From Selaginella moellendorffii (Eukaryota; Plantae; Lycopodiophyta), in the NCBI RefSeq assembly GCF_000143415.4, contig NW_003314330.1, positions 712,089 to 776,088 on the forward strand: DNA of 64,000 nucleotides, given 5' to 3'. The translations under genes were made by a program, and so were the position numbers. Position 1 is the stretch's first letter; each line of letters begins with the position of its first letter. A model generated the notes under the pieces. The model saw nothing but the letters and a program-made list of their open reading frames with translations. It ran no database searches and was not told the DNA's origin. Below are positions 1 through 11,790 of the stretch, piece after piece.

Positions 1-1922
1 TCTATGAAGCTGTGAGAACAAAATCCCTAGGCCCCAAAGTGGAGCCAGAATGGTGCCACGTGGTAGTGGCCGAAGCGAAAGCAAACAAGTGGACACATTT
101 GGACTAAAAGCTCCAACTTCAAAGGTCGAGAGCGGGAGTGGAACTCCCAACAAAGTGCTCGAGGAATGAGCACAAAGCGAGCCATAAGCGAGGCTCTAAA
201 AAGGGACCCGAAAGGACCAAACCATGACACGTGGAAGTGTCCGAGATAGAGTCCGAGGTGGACCCGAGATGGAGTCCGAGATAGACCCGAAAAGCTCTAT
301 TTCGTTAAAGTGGGATTTATTCAGTAAAATGGGACTAGGTACAAATTTTCAAGTATTTGAAAATGACGTGAAATTATATGTTTTTTGTCCAGGGGCTAGA
401 CATATCTGGGGCATGGTGACTAGCGCGGTGACTTTGTGTCCAGACTGAGTCCATCTGGTTGTATAATAAATCTCATTGTCAAGGTGAACAAGCCGAATCT
501 GAAGCTAAAGAAGAGCGATGGCATGCGCGCACACACTATTTGTTTGTTCATTGAGTGTGTGGTGAGCTTTCCAAGATGAATGTCATTCCTATTAGCCAGA
601 CATATAACTTAATGGTGAGAACATTTAGATATTATTCAATGTTATCTTTTTCTAACGAATCTAATTGTGAAGGTGTAGCAAGAGGCATTGCTAGTCTGGA
701 GAAGTCATTTAACTCATTTGACCCTTAGTATATTTTCATGAAACTAAATAACATTCATATTATTAAGGAATTTCTTTAGTACCTTTTTTTTACGACATAG
801 AGGCTTGCATTTCTTTCAAAGGTGATTTAGTAAAAGGCCTGAGGGCACATGCCATTCTATTTCTTAGACCGGTATTAAGATATACTAGTGCAAAGGGAAA
901 AAGGTATTTGGTGATCAAGTAAATAGCATGAGGGCATACACCATTATAAGCCTAAGCGCTAGTGGACACCTCCTTTTTGGTACTCTCAGCGGTACTATCA
1001 TCCTTCTCCAGGTCAGTTGTTTTGTTTTGGATTGTTGTCTCTGACGTTACTGGGGCGTTCTCGATAGTTGTTAATGTTGCCGTTTGTTCAGAAAAATGAT
1101 CACCTGGAGTATAGTATGGGGAGTTTGGAAGACTTATATATTCTACATCTTCACCTATCTCCTTCTCCATCTCTTTTTCTGCCTCACTTACAGATTTTGT
1201 GCTTGCTATGAGAACACTCTTCACCCTAAAATATGGAGTTCATTGTGTTATAAAAGGAAACCAACACACACGCTGCAAGGGAATGATGGTACATAAAGCA
1301 CGTAAGCCCACAATATGGGTTTATGTGCCATTAATATGGGCCACACGCCATATTATTAGATTTATGCACGTGTGATTGGTAAATGCATATGTCACATCAT
1401 CTTTGTTTTACCTCACACACTATATCAGGCCTAATGAACCATATCACATGTGCGCACATGCTATATATATGGAGAAGTATTATGCAAGGATAGAAAAATT
1501 CAATGCATGATTGTGGAGAGCAATGGCATGAAGCCACATGCTAAATAACATTTTAGAGAAAGAATTAAAATAGAAACATGCAAACAGTATTGAGTGGACC
1601 AAGACTTAGAAGTGCATAATTGAATGAGGTATTTCTAATAAATATTTCACTCACCTTATATAGGAATGGCTACCACTCTCAAATGGCGTATCGCCTCATG
1701 CCATCACCTCACAATTTGTTATAACAATCCGATGAATTCATATTCGGCTTGTTCACCTTGAACTTTAAGTAAGATTTGCTAGAACAACTAAGAATTTATA
1801 CTTGTTATTTGTATCATCTCACCTAGGAATGGCGTAAGGCCACATGCCATCACGCCTCCTCTGATTCAGATTCGGATTGTTCACCTTGAAATAAAATACA
1901 TTAGAAACTTAGTAAAGGAATA

Positions 1923-4648
1923 TTAATGAATCTCACCTTGAACCCGGGTTATGAATGCTCTTGTTGCATCTCTTGCATGGTCTGGCAAGGTGATGGTGGC
2001 ACTCTGCTTCCGCATCCAACCATGCACAACATTATCCATTGATATGCTCATGCTGGGATCCCTTGGATTCAGCACCCATCTCTTTTCTAGGCAATCCTTC
2101 GTATATCCGGAACTTGGCTTGAACCACTCCACAGTTACATTGAAGGAGTTAGTTTCCGCGTCCTCCTCTACATCAGTGATGCAGCGCCCCACCCATATAA
2201 TTTGTTTTTTATTACTGGGTCTGACAAGCACGACCATTCCTTTGCAGACCTGTACTGGATTGAATGCTGAATCCGGCTTCTTGTTCCTCGGCCCACAATA
2301 GTGATCCTCAACATCGTTATCTGTCACTGCATTTCCAGAGGACATTGTTCCGCTACTATCTGGTGCTCTGGGTTCTGGCCAAAAGGACTCTTCCAATTCT
2401 TCATATACAACTGCCCTATTTTGGATAGCAGATATAATCTTCTCCCAGTATTCGAGCAAAGGCTTGCACCTCTTAAAATAGGATTCTCCACCAAACACCA
2501 ACCCCCTCTTCCAGAAGGCAATATGCTGTCTAATCCCGGCCACTATACTTTCCTGGTCTTTGAGTCCATCCGGGTGCATCGGCCGTGGGGAACCCTGAGG
2601 AATCATAGGTTCCCCAGTTATGGGATCTCTCTTGAAGAGTTCAATGCCATCCACTGGCAGCCACATTGTGTCCCATTCTCTCATCTTGTACTTCATCACT
2701 GGAGCACCGTCACGCATGTTGAAATGAAACTGAAGAGGCTTGGAGTGGCCAATCAGCGTTTCGGATCCGTCCCTGATGTAGCCTCTTACAAACCCCTTAA
2801 AGTCTGGAACCTCTGTCACAAGTGCAGCTTCAACAGTGCCTTTGATGCAATTTTGGAATTCATCGTAGAGTTGTGGGAGGGTGAGGACATTGGATCGCCG
2901 GAGGGACTCTGCCAGGTGATTGAACATGGCATCGACGTCTTCATGAGTGTGCCCAACCATGAGAAAGCCAAGTGTAACCGTTTCAAATATGCCTTTGGCA
3001 ACAAGCATCGCCAAGTACGCGAAGACGTACATGTTTTTGTTCTCACTGCCAGCATTGTCTGTTTGGAGCAGAAGATGGGGTGGAAGGCCACATCGGCTGC
3101 AAGAACTTCCTTGAGATTCTGCTTCATTTGGATGAGGCTGTGCATTCACTGGGCGACCAGCCTCGTTGGAATGGCATGAGGCCTCACATGATAACCCTAC
3201 AATCTGACGGCCAACATATTCACTGGGATGGCATGGGGCCCCACGCGATACTGCAAGCCTTTGCTCCTCCTCCAACTGAACCCTGTATGGGGTTCGATCG
3301 ACAAGGGCCTTATGCAAGGGTTGGCCGTTCAGCTCAGTCTGCATACTTTGCAGAGACCTTAAGTGTTTTGCTAGGGACGCAATCATCATGTTTGCACCCC
3401 CGCCACCCCATAGAGGTACAAAGAAGTTCCCATAGTTTTGGGCACCATGCCCATGAGCGATTATGCCAAACAGAGACACAGGCAGCTACATGGATGAAGA
3501 GATTGCCTTGGGGGTAGGATTGAGTCGAGGTAAGCACGTCTTTTTCTGGTCCATTTTGTCGTGGATGATGCAGAGGTAAGAGTCAGGTCTCTCCATGGAG
3601 AGAATCCTGTTATGATAATATGCAGTCCTGCAGCTTCTCTGCTCGATGTTGTGGTCGAGCCGCCTTCTAACCAACGTCTCTCGCTCTTGAGCACTGCAAG
3701 AACTCTTCGACAAAGCCATTTTGATAGCAGTGCACTCGTCACACTTTGAAAAGCTGGAGTACTTTCCTATACTCACATCCCTGAACCTGTTGCTCCACAA
3801 TCTACTAAATCTAGATTGGCTCAGCTTCTTGTAGCCATTACTCTGGAGTTCCCGATTCACATCTTCCAATATGGCCCCCTTGGTATACATGGAAGGGAGA
3901 ACTCGTTGGGTGTCTCGAGTTCCATCTTCCAAGAGGCGGGTTTTATGTGGTTGCTGCTCGCTACATGTCTCGACAAACCTTTTGAAGATTGCCTCTCCAT
4001 ATACAACATGACCCCTGGTTTTGTGAGTACCGTCGTTCCCATGGACTGCCTATTGAACCCTTTGTTCCTCGAACTCAGTTTTGATTCTGTAGAATGTGGT
4101 TCGAGGGACTCCATAAATGATTCTCTATGCCTTCATGCAGACCAAACCCCTCTGGAAGACCATGCCCCCCACCTGATGTTCTGAAGCATCAACAGATGAC
4201 CGTAATGCCTCATACACAAAATTCGAGACCATTCGAACCTCCATCGCCATTTTCTGCCTTTTCGGTTCGTTGCTCAAATCCCTTTAGCTGCGCTTTAGGA
4301 AGGTGTACTTTCTTTTCCCATGAAGAGATGTTCTGTCATCAGTTGTAGTGGTGTTTGATTGTGAATCCTTCATATTTTCAAATACTAAGCACCTCAATTT
4401 CCACCGCACAATGCTTCCAATAGTCAGACTGTTTTCTTCTGTGTCAACAACCTCTAAAATCACAACTCCAATATCATCCCAGCCCAATTGTTGATTAGCA
4501 ACTGCATCTCTTGGATCGACAACTATGGCTAAGCCCTCAGCTACCACCTCCCCCTCGGGGTTGTTTAGAAACACCTTTGCCTGAATCCATATAGCACAGT
4601 TTTTAAGATCCACGGAGGGAACATGCGTCGCACTTGCGGAGGCCATTC
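1923..4648 (-). pseudogene. Sola-like DDD transposase, copy 1 (nonsense codons and internal deletions)
   Basis: Motifs FSKCDEC, IIHDKMDQ, LQTDNAGSENKN, FLMVGHTHEDVD; TAG stops at 3486-3488 and 4125-4127; deletions relative to copy 2 near 4224 and 4638. Confidence 0.8.
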
Positions 4649-5831
4649 TGAAAGTGCAGAAAAGAAGTTAAGACCATACAAAAAATGATTGGAGAATGGC
4701 CTAAATCATAACATACCAAACAACCTCAATAGCATGAGGCCACATGCCATTATTCAAACATGCTATTGACACCCACGTGAAATTTCGCATTCACAAAATT
4801 GGCATGAGGCCTCATGCCATCTTGATAAACACACAGCTACAGGCAGGTAAAGAAACTATTGGCAATATGCTAGTGATGAACTTGCAAGCCCCAAGATGGC
4901 ATGAGCCCTCATACCATTAGTGGTACCGTAGTGCCGCTCGCACCACCACAACTGCTTGTAGTGCCGCTCGCACAAACTGCCACTCGCATAAACTGCCGCT
5001 CACAATGGCGCTCGCAATGCCGCAACCGCTCGTAGACGCATAAACCACAGCTCACAACGCCGCTTACACAAGCAGCGCTCACTGCGCTCAGCGGAACCAA
5101 GAACATGGCGCACAAAAATGATAGACCTAGGAATGAGTTCGAGAATTCAAAAATAACACACGCTTGAACGTCACATCAAATCCTCTGACAAACCAGATCT
5201 TATGATTCCTTTGACAAATTTCAAACTGAGTAGCTTCTAGACTTTGCTGTCGGAGGTTGAACTTTGTCACATCATGTCCTTGCCTCGATCCAGCTGTGCC
5301 ATGTCAGTGATTCGAACTTTGCCATGCCATGTCAGCGATCTGCGCCAAGATTATTCGCCGTGTAAAGGAATAATTATGCTGTGTGTGTACGTCCATTTAT
5401 GGCAATATAAGGCCACATGCCATTCAAAGAATAATGCTAGTCGAGCATTTTTTGGTGCATTTTTGGGTTCAAAATTGCATGAGCCCACACGCTATAAAGT
5501 TTACCTGTACCAAAAATAGAAACAGCTTTATTTACTTGGGAATTTAAGTGGTTGAGGCATTTTTAAACTTACAAACACATGCCCTACTTACATTCCTTTG
5601 GTTGCTTAAAATTCAAAAATATTATAAACCTTTCTTTTTGCATTTTCAATGTTTTCAATTATGGTTTTTGATTTTCGCAGGACCAGCCTAGTAATCTATT
5701 TGCATCCCGTCATGTTTATAGCTAGCTTTCGTTTGTCCCCTTCGCTAGCCTAAGATACATCTGCTCGGCATCTGCCTCTTACAGCATTTGCCCAGAAAGG
5801 GCATCTTTCTTCACGCAGCATTTGCCACATG

Positions 5832-5857
5832 TTTAGGGTTTAGGGTTTAGGGTTTAG
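5832..5857 (+). repeat. Plant telomeric repeat (TTTAGGG)3.7 / telobox array
   Basis: TTTAGGG x3 plus TTTAG; same array at 20205-20230. Confidence 0.9.
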
Positions 5858-7096
5858 CAATTCAGTAGCTTGATAAATATGCAAATACAAAACTTGATGC
5901 AAAATCCTTGATATGTCATAATGCCCCTAGGACCCATAAACACATTTCATAGAGAGGGTCCTTTCATTTCATAACTCCTTACGTAGATCTTGGTGAAACC
6001 AGAGTTAGTGAAGTTAGTTTCTTGTGATCCCGCATCTAATTGTGATGTCCCTTTGCAGTGTCGATGGAAAGGTCAATGCACACAAAACTGTAAAATCTTG
6101 GAGCAAAATAACGGTTGGATCTATGGCAAATGCCCCTGAAACATTGTAAGGCTTGTGTGGTCTCATGTGGTGTCCGATCGAGATGCTTCTTTACAGGGTC
6201 ATCAAGAAAGACATTGTATACCATTCTGTAAAATCTAATTGCGATCTAACGGTTGGATCTCCAAAAAACTCAAGAAAATCTCGCGCGTGTTAGAATATTC
6301 TAGGAATATACTCCTATGTGCCCCTAAAAATGGCATGCGGCCCCACGCCATTCAAGAGATAACGCCAGATGACGCCGAGCATTTTTTGGTGCATTTTTTG
6401 GGATTTTTTGTATACCATTCTTTATTTAGCTGAACATCTGGCATTTTTGGAAATACAAGATGCTTTGGAATATCCAATCATGCATGGTATAAATATAGCG
6501 AGGGTATTAAATGATATCCCAATCATGATCTTTCTTTTGGATTTCACGTGCATGCAGTCCGAGGAATGATGACGTTGCGGATTTCTTTTGGATTTCACGT
6601 GTATGCATGCGCGCGGCGATCTAGAAATTAATGGTGGCGCCCAAGTCCGAGGAATGATGACGTTGCGGGATTACCAACTGTCGTGACATTTCGCGCGTGT
6701 GAGGTTAGGTTTTGCATTTTGCTTCATACTCGCGCCCGCACACTCGCGCTCGCATCGCGCTCCCACTCGCGATCACGCTCACATTCGCGCTCATCTACCT
6801 TCTCTACAGGTTTCTCATGTGCATTGGCGTCCACTCACGCTTGCATCACACTCGCGCTCACATCGCGCTTGTGTGCATCGGCATCCACTTCAAGACACAC
6901 CCAGTTTGTAACTTCGCCGCCAACTCCGCCGCCCACTCCACCACCCACACGCAGCCCACTTGGCGTCCCGGGAGATTTCAGCGCCACTCTCCAACTGTAA
7001 GTGGCAGAGTAGCCTTGCTGCTACTATCTGCTGCACACACAGTGCACATTCGCCAGCGAGTCCGGCCTCAATTGTCACGCCTCCATTCGGCTTCAA

Positions 7097-10000
7097 ATGG
7101 TAAGTCTTTTAGGCCAAGTAGAAAATGGCATGAGGCCACATGCCATTCAGTAGCAACATTGGTATGCACCGATTGGGCTCTCGAGTGCAGTCCGGTTACA
7201 GATGGCGTGTAGCCTCACGCCATCTTAGGATGCAGCCTCAAGACATCTGATGCAGTGGTGAATGGCATGTGGCCTCACGTTATTTCCAGCTGCTAGCTTT
7301 TCATCTGTCAGCTCTAATTGTTGTGCATTTCTGAACAGGCGAGGAATTGTGTTCTTCTTCCAGCCACTGTCAATGTGGATGCAGAGAAGGGGGAGGAGCT
7401 CACCAGTTGGACTTTCGGGATGGAAGGCGAGGATCTGAGGCTGTACAACACAGATGGTGGGAGAAAAGAATGCATGGGGATCCTCATCCAAGTGACAGAC
7501 ACTCCATGCAGTTCCATGCAAGAATATGGACTGACACTTGTGGTAGAGACAGCGTCCGCCTTCAAGATCCACCTTGCACATCCTAGCGGCTTCCCGGAGG
7601 GGGGCAGCGGCTATGAGGAATTCCTAGAGGGAGCTAGGGAGAGGTTGTCCAGGAGGCCCACAATTTCAAAGACGCTGCGGGTCTATGAAGATCACATGGA
7701 ATCCACGGACCTCACCTACGGCGATGTTCAAAAACTATATTCCAACATTGAGCCGTTGAGAGTGACTCCAGTTCGCGAAGCGAAGGGGAAGGGGGTCGAT
7801 CTAGAAACTACCCCGAAGCAGAAAAGGGTGGTCAAGCTCAAGTCGACGTCCGACTCTCCTGCTCCAAAAAAGAAGCTACTCGGTGATGCCATTGCCTCGG
7901 GTTCGAACACTACACCCACCAAAAAGAAGAGCCGCAAAGAGCAGAAAGAGCAAGAAGAGGCAGCAAAAATCGTCGCAGATAATAGTACTTGTTACTATTC
8001 CAACAAAGTATATACAATCGACGTGAGCCATATCGACATCCAAAGCAAATACAACCACAGGCTAGTATCTGATGAGTGGGTGGAGAAACTGAAGCAGAAG
8101 ATGCTGGCAAGTCCAGTAACACCCGACATCGCAGACGTGATCCCCTACTACCGAACAATGAAGGGCGAGACGAGGTTTCCAGACTTGATCAATAGGAAGG
8201 TGTTGGACGATCAGAACATCCGGTTCTATGCCGTCTCCAGGCAGCATTCTAGCTTGGCGATGCAAGAGATAGTTGTGGATATTATGGTGGGCGAGGAGGT
8301 GAAGAAAGTCTTCAAGACAAGAGTTGTCCGCCTGATAAAAGGCAACTCGCCCCTCCGATCTATCATATACATCTCCCACGCACAGAATGTCAAGCAAGAA
8401 ACGTGCTACAAATCGGGTCTGCACGAGACATTGGCACGAACACGGAAGCTCTGGGTTCAACTGAAGAATCCACAAAAACCAGGACAAGGACGTGCACTAG
8501 CAACTAGCGCCTGGCAGGTAAGCCTCGTTGCATGTGGCATAGCATGTGGCCTCACGCCATTTCCATTGCAGGAATTCTCGAGTCTTCTCTCGAAAACACT
8601 GGGGGTCAATGACACACTCAGCATCCATAACATTCTACTCGCGACAAAAATTGTTTTTGACAAATGGGTAGATGTGCTGAGGAGGTACCATGACGGGGAG
8701 TTGCTAAACTCAATGGGTGTGGAGGACGGACGGAAGCCCAATGATTTGAAGCTCGACGCCTTGCGTTTCTCGCGATCTCTAGACAACGACGACCTTCTGA
8801 CAGTGGCTAATGCTCTTCTACGTGGTGAGGTAGTCTTCAACAAGACCAAAATGACTCCCGGCCATATTGTGACATACGAGGACTTGTGCACGACTCTGAG
8901 AGCTCGTGCGCTATTGAAGGATTGGATCTTTGAGCAAGTGGCCATGGAGAGGGTGAGCATTGACACCACGCAAGAGATGATGGAAGAGCTGGAGTTGTCA
9001 AATGAAGATATCGATGAGTACGTGAAGGGGGCCCCCAAGTTCATCGATCTGCTGCGGGATGCCACGAAAAGTAAAGCTGAGAAGTTGGATCAGTATCCAA
9101 ATTTCATTAAAAGGGATGTCGACCGCCGGCTTTAGAAACAGCTCGACCCCGCAGCAGAGGCCTATCGAGAACCTTACCGGGTATACGTGAATTCGGATGA
9201 GGATCAAAGGTGGAGGAGCATCGTTTCCCGCGGAGATGAGCAGGTCAAGAACATCTTTTGTGTGATGGACTTCACAAACGAGGAGATCACTCATGCAGAC
9301 AAAGTCAGCTCCATCATTGACTTAATGGTGGGACTTGCGGAGGTGGAATCTTCAGTCCACTATATAATCTACGACTCCAAATCCTATCACAAGTTCTGGA
9401 AGGCCTTGAACGAGGTGAAGGCTCGGTTGAAAGGCAAGGAGATGCGGGAGATCCATGGGATAATGGCTAAGAAGAAGATACCGACGAATCCGCATCTTCA
9501 CACTCGCCCTTGTTATTGGTCCTGCAGCAGAGTGGGACTGGAGTGACTTCCCAGCTTCGTTCGACAAGGCCGATCGAATTGATCTGAGGGAGGTCAATTT
9601 ACCCGTGCCTGAGGAACTGAAGACGGCTATGGAGCTTTCGAATCCAGAGAAAGCTCCAGGTGCAGCATGGGAAATGCTCAGCTGGGTCTTCAACGCAATA
9701 GCGGGTGGGTCACCTGCTTCCGACTCCAAGGGCAAATGCGTTGTCGAGTACAACTGTGGTGGACTATTCTTTCAAGCCGCACTACTCAAGGGTGTCCCGT
9801 GTGTTGTGGTGACAAACTCCATTGAAGAGGTGATTTCAATGGAGCATATAATTACAGTTGCCAAAGAAAAACAGTATCTTCTTTGCGAACCTGGTGAGTA
9901 TGCACTTTAAGTTTAAATGTTATCTCACAAGCTCTGTATGCAGGAGCGTGGCCACCCCCAGATGCTGAAACGGCGTTAACAGCTACTGTTGAAGATACCC

Positions 10001-11778
10001 ATGTTGGGCCGAGGTCACAACCTGCACAAGGTAAGGTCACGTGAGGCCTCACGCCATTTTGATTATAGATCGTTGTGAATATTCAGACACGAGGACTGAA
10101 AAGCGCACTGGTGGCGCATCGAAGAAGGACAAACAGACAAGCAATAGGAAAAAAGGAGGTACAAATTATATTTGCAATGGCGTGTGGTCTCATGCCATTC
10201 CTTGCAGGAGACACTTCTTCAAAGGCAAAACAGGCAAGCACCAGCCAAGTACAACGGACGAGAGGTACCAATCATTTTTGTTATACGTGAATTCTCATGC
10301 CATTGCTTCTTGCAGCTCAAATTCCAAAGAGACTAGGGCAAGCAGCGTAGACCTCACGACAAGAACCTGAAGGTTTGATGGCGTGTGGCCCCACGCAATT
10401 AACTAATGTTCTTGCAGATCGCGTCGAGGAAATCAAACGGAACAACATGCCTCCAGTGGAGGAGGGGGAGGCCTCGGAGAGTGATAAGGAGAGTTCCGAA
10501 ACATGTACGATCATGACATATGGCCCCATGCACTTATCTAAGTTTGTATTTCAGGGGAACGAGTTGAACCAATGGAAAACTTTATGAAAGGTAACTTAAA
10601 AATATTATGGGATGTTGCATGTGTTGATGCAATAATATACAGTTCAAGTGCCAAGGAGACGTCGTGAACCTCGAATTAGGCTACTTGCAAAACAGCTTTC
10701 AGACGCTGTAGACAAAGAGATGGACAATCGACCAGGGCAGAGGAGGAAGGGTAAAAGCATTTGTGTGCATGTCCTCATGCTATTTCTGTAGAACGGGCGC
10801 ATAAGAAACGAAAGCGAAAGGGAATTGAGGAGCAGGCACCTGAAGATGCGGAAGGCACGACAGAGCCTCCAAGGACGGGAAGTAAAGCGTCATGGTTATT
10901 GCGTGGGTCCTCATGCCATTTCTTGCAGATCAAGCTCAAACTGACAGTGGTCATAAAAAGTGAAAGCACGTTGGATAGTCGTCAGGATCAGAGGCATTTG
11001 ATTCGAAAAGGAAGAAGGGCAACGAAAAGATGATAGGTAATGGCTCGCGGTTATGGCGTGTGTGCTCATGCCATTCATTGCAGATCAAGGGCTAAGTGAA
11101 AGCAGCCAGTCACCACCTCCTGACTCAGATTCCTATGGCGGACTCCCCTTCCCCAATCTCAATGGAGAGGTACAATGGATGAGGGATGCTTTTCAAGTCA
11201 GGGCCACGTTTTTCTCATCTTGTCGTCTTCGAAGAGTGCAAGAACGTGCAGAAACCATGTTAAGACAGTCGGGTGAGGATACGGTCCTAAGTCACGCACT
11301 AAAACAAGCTATGGATGTCTTGTATTTTGAGATGGAGACTCGGCCAGATGATTTTCCCAAGATGGTCCTGGAAGAACAAGCCATCCAGCCTGAGCAGCCT
11401 ATGGAAGAAATGCAGGAGGGGGATGAGGAGCCAGAGAAAGATAATGAGCAGGAAGAGCAGAAGGACGAAGAGGAGGACAAAGAAGAGGAGGACGAAGAAG
11501 AGGAGGACGAAGAGGACTTGGATGGTCCTCACAATGGTGACGATCACAATAACGACGACGACGATGATGACGACGATGGCCAACCTGAGGTGGCCAAAGA
11601 GCAGCGGAGGAAGGTCATACAAGACAAACCATCAGGTAAATAATAGTACATCCATTCCTAACCTTTTACCATTTCTAACATTGTCCATGTAGGTCGCAGA
11701 GCAAATGGTAAGTAGAGATTATTCAATTGAATTTACAAACTCTAGCCTTTAGTGTCGAGGAAGGATAGTGCCAAGTAA
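7097..11778 (+). pseudogene. Multi-exon transposon cargo gene: ParB/DGQHR-like domain, degenerate beta-class MTase-like fold, long charged low-complexity tail (copy 1)
   Basis: ATG|GTAAGT at 7097-7105; ORF 7318-9135 with IDVSHI..NHRLVSDEWVEKLKQKM..FYAVS(R/G)QHS; in-frame continuation after TAG 9133; many 41-56 nt GT-AG introns. Gene ends are approximate. Confidence 0.6.
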
Positions 11779-11790
11779 GGGTCGAAACGT

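Noticed and set aside
2301-3179. 292-aa antisense ORF (and 8457-9065, 62334-62981)
   Set aside because: Shadow frames of real coding sequence with no motifs; conservation between copies reflects recent duplication.
1923-4648. CACTA/EnSpm assignment from the N-terminal repeats
   Set aside because: No CACTA termini, a 4-bp rather than 3-bp TSD, and a catalytic core unlike TnpD.
5832-5857. Chromosome end or fusion site
   Set aside because: Only 3.7 units, internal to the element and copied with it.
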